From assembly GCA_903936775.1 (NCBI GenBank), contig CAIZWU010000273.1:18030-82029 (forward strand): a DNA stretch of 64,000 nucleotides, read 5' to 3'. The position numbers were made by a program, and so were the translations under genes. Below the pieces are notes generated by a model, which searched no databases, was not told where the DNA came from, and worked only from the letters and a program-made list of their open reading frames with translations. Positions 9,488-17,409 of this stretch are shown in pieces. This DNA comes from an uncultured bacterium (GTDB taxonomy: Bacteria > Verrucomicrobiota > Verrucomicrobiia > Verrucomicrobiales > V1-33). Within the stretch, counting starts at the first letter, position 1, and each line of letters opens with the position of its first letter.

Positions 9488-10692
9488 AACCATCCCTTCG
9501 CCTGACCGGCAGACAATTGACGGAACTGAACCAACGCCTCAAAGCGGGCGATAAACCGCGTCTGCTCCATGGCATGCGGAATCGGGCCGGTGCCCCTATC
9601 CATACCGTGCGCGGTTTTGCTTCAGCGGATGAATCCGGCCTGCTCTGCGGCACCAGTGACGCCGTTTCCCATCCGGCGGCAACAGGCTGGCTGCATGTGC
9701 ATGAGGACGGCGCATTGAGCGGCGGGGTGCATAATCATGGGACAAAAGTGCCTTTTGAAAGGATCTCTGTCGCCGGGGATGATCTTCTTTTTTGGGGAGC
9801 TGAAGCAAACGTCCGGCACGAACTCGCGGCCAACACCCGCAATGTGCAGGCTTTCGGCGAAGGCACCATCCGTCGGCTCGGCGGGCTTTCCATCGCCGTG
9901 GTTGGTTGCTCCGGACTCGGCTTTCCACTGGCTCAAGCGCTCGCCGGCCAAGGAGCCGGTAGACTGGTGCTCGTGGATCCGGAAACCATTGAGGAAGTAA
10001 ATCTCAACCGCCTGCCCTGCTCCACGTTGGACGATGTGGGAATGCTCAAAGTGGAGCGACTCGCCCAGCTTCTTTCCTCCTCGGCCTTTCGTCCGGAAGT
10101 GGTGCCGCTCGCGAATTCCATCCTCACAGACCGCCGGACGGCTTTGGAAATCGCCGAGTGCGATGTGATCTTCGGCTGTCTGGACAGCGTGGAGGCAAGA
10201 CATTTCCTGAACCGGCTGGCCGCTGTTTATTGCATTCCCTACTTCGATCTCGGCGTGTGTCTGAGGGCGGATGGCAAGGGCGGTGTCTCGACGGCATGCG
10301 GATCCGTCCACTACGTCCAGCCGGATGGATCAAGTTTGCTCAGCCGGGGCGTATATGACATGCAGGCACTGCAGGATGAAGGCCTCCGCCGCACGGATCC
10401 CGCCGAGTTCACCCGCCGCCAAGCCGAAAAATACGTCCGTGGCGCGCAGGAAAAACGCCCGACCGTCCTGCCACTCAACATGGCCGTCGCGGGCCTTGCC
10501 GTGATGGAATTCATGGCCCGCCTGCACCCGTTCCGCACCAAGCCGAACGCCGAATTCGCCGGGCAGTGCCTCAGCTTCCAGCATGGCATGATCGACAGTG
10601 ACCCGGACGGGGCCTCCTGCGCTTCGCTTTCCGCGCTTTGCGGCTGTGGCGACATAACGCCTTTCCTTGGTCTTCCCTCTTTTTCCGCATGA
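9484..10692 (+). CDS. E1-like ThiF-family adenylyltransferase with ~130-aa N-terminal extension
   Basis: Rossmann nucleotide loop LSIAVVGCSGLGFPLAQALAGQGAGRLVLVDPETIEEVNLNRL, followed by FGCLDSVEARHFLNRLAAVYCIPYFDLGV. ATGA overlap with the E2-like gene (9484-9487). Confidence 0.85.
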   Translation: MKPSLRLTGRQLTELNQRLKAGDKPRLLHGMRNRAGAPIHTVRGFASADESGLLCGTSDAVSHPAATGWLHVHEDGALSGGVHNHGTKVPFERISVAGDDLLFWGAEANVRHELAANTRNVQAFGEGTIRRLGGLSIAVVGCSGLGFPLAQALAGQGAGRLVLVDPETIEEVNLNRLPCSTLDDVGMLKVERLAQLLSSSAFRPEVVPLANSILTDRRTALEIAECDVIFGCLDSVEARHFLNRLAAVYCIPYFDLGVCLRADGKGGVSTACGSVHYVQPDGSSLLSRGVYDMQALQDEGLRRTDPAEFTRRQAEKYVRGAQEKRPTVLPLNMAVAGLAVMEFMARLHPFRTKPNAEFAGQCLSFQHGMIDSDPDGASCASLSALCGCGDITPFLGLPSFSA

Positions 10693-11036
10693 ATTGGCTT
10701 CGCAAATTACTGATCTGGCTCCGGGGGATATTCGCCAGGAAACGGCAACATCTCATCCCGTGTCGGGACGTATCCGCCTTGCCACAGAAGCTCGCGCCAC
10801 ACACACTCTATGTCATCGGTCAAAACGGGCACCGGTGGCACGTCGCCATGATCTGTCCTTGCGGATGCCAAGCTACCCTGTTCATGAACCTGCTGCCGGA
10901 TGAGGAGCCATACTGGACTCTCACTGAGCACGAGAATGGCAGCGCCTCACTACATCCCTCCGTATGGCGTAACATTGGCTGCCGGAGCCATTTCTTTCTC
11001 CGGCAAGGCACCATTCAATGGTGCCGCGATGAGTGA
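10689..11036 (+). CDS. DUF6527-like metal-binding protein
   Basis: Start MNWLRK at 10689 with an ATGA overlap on the E1 stop. Motifs WHVAMICPCGCQATLFMNLLPDEEPYWTL...GSASLHPSVWRNIGCRSHFFLRQGTIQWC match my recollection of the DUF6527 signature (CPCGC ... SL.PSiW...GC.SHF....G.I.WC). Confidence 0.7.
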   Translation: MNWLRKLLIWLRGIFARKRQHLIPCRDVSALPQKLAPHTLYVIGQNGHRWHVAMICPCGCQATLFMNLLPDEEPYWTLTEHENGSASLHPSVWRNIGCRSHFFLRQGTIQWCRDE

Positions 11037-11443
11037 AACCTGTCGAAATCGCAGGATTCATGGCGAAAAGGATGCAGGCCGCCCGCGCTGGCGCGGGGAT
11101 GGAGGGATTTCGTCTGAATTCACACCGGAAAGCTTGGGACGCCTGTATCGCGTCGTTGGCTCCAAAACCAAAAACCGAAACGGTGTTTATTTGGCAGGCC
11201 ACTGCGCTACCAACGTCATTTCCACCTGTGGCATCGACCATCCGCTGGCTCGTCATCGAAGTGCAGGCCACTGTCACTGTGTTTGAAAACGGCAACGGGA
11301 TTCACGCTCAATGCGCAACGTATCGGCAAACCACGGACCGCCGCCCCAAGCCAAGGCACCTCCCGGAAAGCGGAAAAAGAAACAACTCCATTCGTATCCT
11401 GGCAGAAAAACAGACGAAGTTTTTTTGTTTGGAAACGAAATGA
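11033..11443 (+). CDS. Hypothetical ORF (GTG start overlapping the DUF6527 stop); doubtful
   Basis: GTGA overlap at 11033-11036 suggests coupling. The middle of the protein (ETVFIWQATALPTSFPPVASTIRWLVIEVQATVTVFENGNGIHAQCA) looks protein-like but the tail is basic and low-complexity. No motif found. Confidence 0.25.
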   Translation: MKPVEIAGFMAKRMQAARAGAGMEGFRLNSHRKAWDACIASLAPKPKTETVFIWQATALPTSFPPVASTIRWLVIEVQATVTVFENGNGIHAQCATYRQTTDRRPKPRHLPESGKRNNSIRILAEKQTKFFCLETK

Positions 11444-11841
11444 AGAACGCGGAAAAGCCCGCACACCGATGGTCCAGGCCGTGGGCGGAGCCACGCCATC
11501 GGGAGGGGGATAAAGTCCGGCTATGCCGGTGGCCGGGACGGCCATGTATGTCCGATGGGCAGCCTTGACCCCCGCAGGTGTGCCACGCCGCAGGCGGTCG
11601 CTTAATTACAAACGGGACGGCCCGTGGCCGCATCATTGAGGGAAGAAAAAAGCGATCCGGGCATGAAGGCGAGTGGAGCGCAGGTCACTCCGCGTGCGGG
11701 TGGCTGGAGCGTGCGAGTTTCAGGGCGGATGGTTTTGAGGAACGGAAGCCGGAACAGCACGATCCGGCTTGGCACGGCGGAAACCGGCCAGGACAGATGG
11801 TGCGCGGCTGGAGTGACAGGCGCGGAGCAACGGGGCGTTGC

Positions 11842-11872
11842 GGGGCGCTCCACGCAGAATGGGGAGCGCCCC
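11842..11872. other. Strong GC hairpin (10-bp perfect stem)
   Basis: GGGGCGCTCC (11842-11851) and GGAGCGCCCC (11863-11872) are exact reverse complements separated by an 11-nt loop. The motif CCACGCAG recurs after each arm. Confidence 0.6.
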
Positions 11873-11941
11873 ACGCAGTAGGCGCGGTGGGAAAGGCTTT
11901 TCCCCGTCACTGCCCTGATATTAGAGGATTCGAATCCTTAT

Positions 11942-12229
11942 TCATATTGCTATGCTTCTTGACCTGGACGCACCGAAGGCATTCTCGATGGAACAGGCTT
12001 CCGCAGATTTCACAGAGTCGGGTGCATTCATGGCTAGTAACAATTCACAACGGGCTTTGAACTGGGGAGAGTTATTTCCAAAAATCAAAACGGCTGCCTC
12101 GACCCCGGCATCGAGCGTCATATCATGATTTCCAACCCTATCATTCAACTCCATCAAGGCTTTGGAACGGTCCGCAATACTTGTGGCATCGCCGGAACGG
12201 CGAATGGTGTCGATATCCAATTTACTCAT
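11942..12229 (-). CDS. Hypothetical protein (last ORF of the transfer operon)
   Basis: 95-aa ORF overlapping the upstream ORF by 8 nt. No motif recognised. Confidence 0.4.
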   Translation of the reverse strand: MSKLDIDTIRRSGDATSIADRSKALMELNDRVGNHDMTLDAGVEAAVLIFGNNSPQFKARCELLLAMNAPDSVKSAEACSIENAFGASRSRSIAI

Positions 12230-12764
12230 CAGTTTTTATTTCGTCCAAATGCTCGGCGTAGATTCGGAACAACCCATCTCCCATCTCGGGGAATGGATCG
12301 GCCATTTTCTCCAAGTCTTCCGAGGAGGTTCCCTCTACGGCACGGGCCATTAGCTGCTCAATACCAATGGGTTTGCCAGTTTTGGCTTCCAGTTTTTGGG
12401 AAAGAGCGGCCAATTCCTGAAATTTTTCGATTTTGATAGGGACCAGCATGTATTCGTGCGGGGGAGGAGCCAATCGGTCCGTCTCCAAGCTCAAGGGATT
12501 TCCGGGCCCGTAAAACTTTCGCAGCAACTTGTAATAAGCCCGCAGCGCGTAGAGGCAGATGTTGGAAAAGTTGGAAAAATTTCCGATGACCCGAGCCATT
12601 TTTGCGTCCTCCCCGTAAACCTTGAATGAAATGCTGTGAACGTAGTCCGGTTCCTTGGCGATAGCCGATGTTCGTCCGTTACGACGCTGCGCAGACCTCC
12701 CGACGTGTGGACGTGGGCCTTGCACTTTCGCCCGCTTCTTGGGCGCTTTCGAGGCTTCTGACAT
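12222..12764 (-). CDS. Hypothetical protein, basic N-terminus (possible DNA-binding)
   Basis: 180-aa ORF. The ATG at 12764 overlaps the AAA+ gene by 86 nt; an alternative ATG lies at 12599. The N-terminus is Lys/Arg-rich (KAPKKRAKVQGPRPHVGRSAQRRNGR). Confidence 0.45.
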   Translation of the reverse strand: MSEASKAPKKRAKVQGPRPHVGRSAQRRNGRTSAIAKEPDYVHSISFKVYGEDAKMARVIGNFSNFSNICLYALRAYYKLLRKFYGPGNPLSLETDRLAPPPHEYMLVPIKIEKFQELAALSQKLEAKTGKPIGIEQLMARAVEGTSSEDLEKMADPFPEMGDGLFRIYAEHLDEIKTDE

Positions 12765-13686
12765 TCATGGAAATTTCGGTTGCAGCTTCCATGGCGTCAA
12801 ATTCTAAAAAGTATCGTTTAATGCAGGATTTAGGTTCCCTGTTCAAAAGCCATTTAGCGAATGGTTCGCCCATCAGCCGCTCAATCGCATCCCGCATGGG
12901 ACGCGCTCCCATCTGTTGGGTATAGCCATTGCGGATGAGATAACCGATGGCTGAAGCGGTGACTCCGCAACTCACGTCCAAACCTTTCCTGCCCGCGACA
13001 TTTTCAAAATGGCGGGCCTCCTTGGCCGCAAGATCCTGCGCTACCATCCTTTGGGTTTCGTAGCTCAAGGATTGGAACACAATCTTGTTGGTGAAGCGGG
13101 CCATGGTTTCCGGCGAGAAGTAATTGGTGGCCGCCGCAATGACGGTGCGTTCCACCATTTTGTAGGGCACGCCTGTCATCTGGGCGGCGCTGGCGCTGCC
13201 GAGATTTGAGGTGAAAATGATATACCAGTTGTCCAACCGACGCGTGACGCCATCGGTGCTGGTGGTGCGGGCCGCGTCGGTCGCTCCGAGAAACACTTTG
13301 GAAATTTTGGGGTGGGCTTTTTCGATTTCATCCAACAACAGAATGCCTCCCTGCGGATTGGCGTCGATGGCGGCTCCCAACAAGCCGGGATCGGATTTGT
13401 TTTCTCCTATCAGGCGTTTCAGGCTGTCCTCGTGGCCGTATTCGCCCATGTCAAAACGGACCAGAACGTCCCTCGTGCCATGAAGAAAATTAGCCAGATT
13501 CAGACACGTCTCCGTTTTCCCGGTTCCCGTCGGTCCCAGCAGGAGGAACACGGCCTGAGGGCGGTCCGCTTTGCTCAATCCGACTTCCGCCCGGGTGACC
13601 GCGCTGGCAATACCGCGCAAAGCGTGGCTCTGCCCTCGGATAGCTCCGTTCAGATAGGCTTCAAGCTCTTCGATTGGTCGAGGCAT
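12679..13686 (-). CDS. Stand-alone ClpA/ClpB D2-like AAA+ ATPase
   Basis: IRGQSHALRGIASAVTRAEVGLSKADRPQAVFLLLGPTGTGKTETCLNLANFL (Walker A), GGILLLDEIEKAHPKISKVFLGATD (Walker B), WYIIFTSNLG (sensor 1), FSPETMARFTNKIVFQSL and QMGARPMRDAIERL (sensor 2). This is the classic Clp D2/AAA_2 motif order in a 335-aa protein. Confidence 0.85.
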   Translation of the reverse strand: MPRPIEELEAYLNGAIRGQSHALRGIASAVTRAEVGLSKADRPQAVFLLLGPTGTGKTETCLNLANFLHGTRDVLVRFDMGEYGHEDSLKRLIGENKSDPGLLGAAIDANPQGGILLLDEIEKAHPKISKVFLGATDAARTTSTDGVTRRLDNWYIIFTSNLGSASAAQMTGVPYKMVERTVIAAATNYFSPETMARFTNKIVFQSLSYETQRMVAQDLAAKEARHFENVAGRKGLDVSCGVTASAIGYLIRNGYTQQMGARPMRDAIERLMGEPFAKWLLNREPKSCIKRYFLEFDAMEAATEISMNVRSLESAQEAGESARPTSTRREVCAAS

Positions 13687-14342
13687 CAGGGGGCTTTGGG
13701 TGGGATGGGGTCCAGCCGTTCCGGGATAGGAAGGTCCATGGGATCGGCGGCAGCAGATTTACCGGCGGGAGGCGGGAGCTTGGCTTTGAGCTGATCGGCC
13801 CGCCGGTCAGCGTCATACTGATCCAGCCTGCGCAAAATCTCCGCTTGGTTTGCGGCAATGAGCCGGGCTTCGCCCAGAAGTTTCTGAGCGCGGGCGTCAC
13901 CTGATCCCGCTTGGGTTTCCAAAGTCAGGAGTCGCATCGTAACCAATTTTTGGCGGGTCAATTCGGAAGCGAGTTCCAGACTGGATGGGTTCTTCCTGGC
14001 GATGGGGTTATCCAATCCCACGGTGGGTCCAAGCAGGATGCCGTGACCGCGGTTCATGTCCCGACGCCAGGATTCGTCCTTCTCGCGACGATAGATCGTG
14101 TGCCGTTCGTGCATGATGCCGGGATTCGCGGCATCGACATACCGGCCCACGGGATAGGCTTTGATTTCGGCGGCGTTGGCTACGTTGGCGGTGCTTTCCA
14201 TGGGGATCTCACGCTCCACCTGCCATTTCACGGGATCGAGCTGCGCGAGGACTTCGGCTTCTGATGGCGGAGCTGGTTTGCTCGCGCAAGAAGCGAGGAA
14301 GGCCAAGCCCGTCAGGGTGGAAATTTGAGTGAAACTGGTCAT
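13686..14342 (-). CDS. T4SS-associated lipoprotein (hypothetical)
   Basis: MTSFTQISTLTGLAFLASCASKP carries a lipobox (LASC). It lies directly after trbI, and its stop abuts the AAA+ start. Confidence 0.6.
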   Translation of the reverse strand: MTSFTQISTLTGLAFLASCASKPAPPSEAEVLAQLDPVKWQVEREIPMESTANVANAAEIKAYPVGRYVDAANPGIMHERHTIYRREKDESWRRDMNRGHGILLGPTVGLDNPIARKNPSSLELASELTRQKLVTMRLLTLETQAGSGDARAQKLLGEARLIAANQAEILRRLDQYDADRRADQLKAKLPPPAGKSAAADPMDLPIPERLDPIPPKAP

Positions 14343-14343
14343 G

Positions 14344-15645
14344 TTACTTTTTGGATTTCAGGGATGATTTTGGAGCGGTTTCCCGCTGCTTTTCGATCTC
14401 AAGCCGCCGGTCTTCGAGTTCGATATTCCTCAAGGCATTCTGCTGTTGGATCGCTTCGGTCTGCTGCTGCATGGCGAGCACCTCGGGCGGGAGCGGCGTC
14501 GGTTTCTCATACGGGCCGCCCCTGCTGACCTCGGATTTTGAATCCTCCACGGCTGGCGCAATTTCATGGGAAAGGGAAGCTCCCAGTTTTGCTTTGGCCA
14601 TGATGAGCGGTTCACGCAGGTAAAGGTAGAATTGCTTGCCTGCCGGGACGCGCACGTAAGCTCCGTCGCGCTCGATGAGCTGAAGGATGCGCTCGGCATA
14701 ACGGTCGGTGACCGCTCTGGCTCCCTGCGCGGCGGCGGACTGCACGCCGGGCACAATTTGGTTCTGTCCGTAGGCGTTGGTCTGCCGCTCCGTGAATCCC
14801 TCGGCGACTCCCGAGAGGAAAGCCGCGCTGAATAGCTTGATGGAATTCGCAGTGTCCTCATTGGTGAGGACTTTGCCGCGAAGGCCTGCGCTGCCGTCCG
14901 TCAAAGCGAACTGGTCCTTCTCCGGCGTCACCTCCATATCGAGGGCGACTCCTTTGACCACAATTTCGGAAGACTTCGGATAAACGCCACCATCCGCGAG
15001 GATGACCACCCAATCCCCGGCCACATCAATGCGGTTCCGCGTTCTGTCAGGGCGGGCGATGGCGTGAAGCTCGGAGTTGGCCGGAATGAGGAGCTTTTGA
15101 TTCCAGAACAAATCGTGGGTGACCAAGCCAATCACAGGAGTTTCCAGAGTGGATGAATCCACGGTGGTAACAAGCTTAGCCCGGATCATCCGACCGTAGG
15201 GCGCGAAGTTGTCCTTGCTACCGATGAGTGGCTTCTCAGGGGGAGTTGGGGGCGGCGGCACAATGGGTGCCGCTGCTTTTGAAGGGGGCTGCACCGGCAG
15301 GAACGAAATAGGCACGATCTCTTTCGGCTGGACGGGCTTGGCGTCCTTTTTTCTGGCCTCCAGGATTTTCAATTCCTCCCGTTGCTGCGCAATGAGGGTT
15401 CGCTGTTCCTCCACATTGTCGAAGGCGGGAACAAAGGCCCGCTTATCGGTGTAGCCGTCCGTCGGCATGGGATCTTTGAAGACGGTGGCCGTCGGCGCGA
15501 CGGCTTGTTCCTTCGCCTTCGCTTTGGCTTGTTCGTCGGAGTTCTTCCCACGATTGACCACGCCCAGCGCGATCAAAGCGACGACCAGAAAGCCGAAAAA
15601 CTTCCCGTGGGCTGACTTAAAAAACTTAAAGAGGGAGGCTTTCAT
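14344..15645 (-). CDS. trbI: TrbI/VirB10 T4SS protein
   Basis: N-terminal TM (FFGFLVVALIALGVV), a Pro-rich linker (PIVPPPPTPPEKP), and a C-terminal TrbI-like domain (LIPANSELHAIARPDRTRNRIDVAGDWVVILADG...DGSAGLRGKV...KLFSAAFLSGVAEG). Confidence 0.85.
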   Translation of the reverse strand: MKASLFKFFKSAHGKFFGFLVVALIALGVVNRGKNSDEQAKAKAKEQAVAPTATVFKDPMPTDGYTDKRAFVPAFDNVEEQRTLIAQQREELKILEARKKDAKPVQPKEIVPISFLPVQPPSKAAAPIVPPPPTPPEKPLIGSKDNFAPYGRMIRAKLVTTVDSSTLETPVIGLVTHDLFWNQKLLIPANSELHAIARPDRTRNRIDVAGDWVVILADGGVYPKSSEIVVKGVALDMEVTPEKDQFALTDGSAGLRGKVLTNEDTANSIKLFSAAFLSGVAEGFTERQTNAYGQNQIVPGVQSAAAQGARAVTDRYAERILQLIERDGAYVRVPAGKQFYLYLREPLIMAKAKLGASLSHEIAPAVEDSKSEVSRGGPYEKPTPLPPEVLAMQQQTEAIQQQNALRNIELEDRRLEIEKQRETAPKSSLKSKK

Positions 15646-16622
15646 TTTTTGGGCTTCGGACTTTCAAATTCCAATGATTCCAGTCGTTCGACAGGCTCTT
15701 TCCCTGCCCCGGTTTGAGGCATGAGCGCCGGTCCTTCGACGACCTCCTGCATGGAGATGAGCCACGCGTTGTCTGGCGAAAGATTGTTTGATCCCTGAGC
15801 CGCATCGCCTTGGATGATGAAGTAAGCCACGGTCGTTTTTCCCGCTGGGACCGCTCCCTCCGCGTCCGCCATGATGGAGGCGTAGGAGCGGTGGCCAACG
15901 GCGACGAGGAACGACTCGGGATCGTAGAAAATCGGTTCCTTGGTTTTGTTTGTGATAGCAACTTCAAACACCAACGCATCCCACGCGCCTTTCCGGGTAA
16001 CGCTGAGAGGCTGAATTTTACATTCCGGGGTCTCGGATGGCTCAAATTTACCTTCGGTGCGTTCGAGGTCTTCCACGTTTTCCGGGGACTGTTTCAATAG
16101 ATGGTAGGCTTTCACCTTGTCGATAAGTCCCAGCATCCGGGCCGGAGAGACGCGCAGCGTGTCCCGCTCCTCAGGAATGGGTTGGTTTCTCGCACGCGCT
16201 TTCAAGTCCGCCCGCTCGGCTTCCTTCCGCTGCTGAAGTTCAGCGAGCGGATCGGTGAGGCTCATTTTGAAGAGCGCCCGTTCCACATCCACTTTCAGGA
16301 TGAAAACATACACCTCGCCCTCGTAGATGAAATTGACGTTGGTGGAAGCTGTCGATGTCAGGGGAGTGAAGGAGACGAATCGGGTGCCCGGCACATGACT
16401 GACGGAAAACAGAAGTTGGGCGTTTTCCTTGGGCGCGGACGCTAGGCCAACTCCATCGATTCCCTGGATGGGTTTGGGGAATTCCAGCGTGGTGGTGATG
16501 TTGGCGGCCGTGGGAACGATGATGGGCTTGTTCGGGTCCAACGCGACACTGGCGATGACTGGATTTGGAGCCGACAGCGCAAGCTGCGGCAACGCCGTTA
16601 ATGATAGGAAAAGGCGTTTCAT
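15642..16622 (-). CDS. trbG: TrbG/VirB9-like T4SS protein
   Basis: Signal peptide MKRLFLSLTALPQLALSAP and a beta-rich sequence. Position between the VirB8-like and VirB10 genes with 4-nt overlaps. Called mainly from synteny. Confidence 0.65.
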   Translation of the reverse strand: MKRLFLSLTALPQLALSAPNPVIASVALDPNKPIIVPTAANITTTLEFPKPIQGIDGVGLASAPKENAQLLFSVSHVPGTRFVSFTPLTSTASTNVNFIYEGEVYVFILKVDVERALFKMSLTDPLAELQQRKEAERADLKARARNQPIPEERDTLRVSPARMLGLIDKVKAYHLLKQSPENVEDLERTEGKFEPSETPECKIQPLSVTRKGAWDALVFEVAITNKTKEPIFYDPESFLVAVGHRSYASIMADAEGAVPAGKTTVAYFIIQGDAAQGSNNLSPDNAWLISMQEVVEGPALMPQTGAGKEPVERLESLEFESPKPKK

Positions 16623-17362
16623 TTAGTGACAGCGGAAGGCACGGGAGCAATGGAGACTGGCGCGGCGGCGGGTGCTGCCTGCCGCTCTCCGGTCGGGCGG
16701 AGATGGAGATATTTATAATCCGCCACCACGAGCGGATATCGCCCGTTCTCGGTGAGACGGGGGTTCTGCCACATCTGGAAAAGGAGTTTCACTTCATCGA
16801 CTTCGCGCACTCTGGCCCCGGAAATTTGGCCATCCCGGATGATCTGGCCTTCGACTTCGATGAAGTAGATCTGGATGCCTTGGGTTTGTTGCACGGACTT
16901 CACCTCAATCTTGGATACTTCCAGTTTTTGATGCATCCCCCGGCTGGTGAGGGCGGGCAACGCATTGGTGATTTCATCATCCGCTTTGCGCTTCCCCTCA
17001 CGGAAGAAAATATTGCTTACCATGTCCGGCATGTCGAAGCCTGCCGGGCCGCGTTGCAGGAGCGCCTGCGCGGCCAACAATCCGCAGGTGGTGTGGACCT
17101 TTGAAGCCTCCTTAAAATCCAGGCCGGGAGCGATGACCATATTTCCTGCGGAGTCCGCCACCAACACGATCTGCTTTCGGAACATAACGAACGCGACCAG
17201 CGATGGAGTCACTATATTTGACACCACGAGAAGGACGCACAGCCATGCAAGGAAACGGCGGTCCTTGAACCGGGACACGAGTTGTTCGGGAGGTCGGATC
17301 GGAGACTGTTTGTTCTCCACAACATAGTTGGGTGGATCGGGCGGGGCTTCGGTTGGCATCAT
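16619..17362 (-). CDS. trbF: TrbF/VirB8-like T4SS protein
   Basis: Single N-terminal TM (FLAWLCVLLVVSNIVTPSLVAFVMF) followed by a ~170-aa periplasmic domain. Called from synteny between the VirB6-like and VirB9-like genes. Confidence 0.6.
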   Translation of the reverse strand: MMPTEAPPDPPNYVVENKQSPIRPPEQLVSRFKDRRFLAWLCVLLVVSNIVTPSLVAFVMFRKQIVLVADSAGNMVIAPGLDFKEASKVHTTCGLLAAQALLQRGPAGFDMPDMVSNIFFREGKRKADDEITNALPALTSRGMHQKLEVSKIEVKSVQQTQGIQIYFIEVEGQIIRDGQISGARVREVDEVKLLFQMWQNPRLTENGRYPLVVADYKYLHLRPTGERQAAPAAAPVSIAPVPSAVTK

Positions 17363-17409
17363 GTAAAAAAGTCGGAATGGGAATTGTGGTTATCGACGGA
17401 GGTATTGCC

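Noticed and set aside
9622-10311. 229-aa minus-strand ORF inside the E1 gene, considered as a possible antisense-encoded JAB/peptidase.
   Set aside because: It has no HExxH, JAMM or Cys-His motifs and a skewed Arg/Gly/His composition. It lies fully antisense to the ThiF Rossmann domain. It is a shadow ORF.
11505-11772. RNase P RNA-like motifs: GGGAGGGGGATAAAGTCCGGC (compare GGAGGAAAGUCCGGGC) and, about 250 nt later, ACAGCACGATCCGGCTT (compare ACAGAACCCGGCUUA). These could form a P4-like pairing, and a P3-like hairpin lies just upstream.
   Set aside because: I could not find complementary P1 or P2 strands. I also could not find the other universally conserved blocks (GUGAAAGGGUG, GGUAAACUCCACCCGGAGCAAGG equivalents). 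The two short matches are low-information GC-rich strings. I leave this to an Rfam RF00010 scan rather than call it.
11921-11940. GAGGATTCGAATCCTTA, reminiscent of a tRNA T-arm (GGTTCGAATCC) and hence of a tRNA-derived att site.
   Set aside because: It has an extra base relative to the canonical T-loop. No acceptor-stem complement or anticodon arm can be built from the preceding 70 nt. It is better described as a simple 14-bp palindrome after a gene end.
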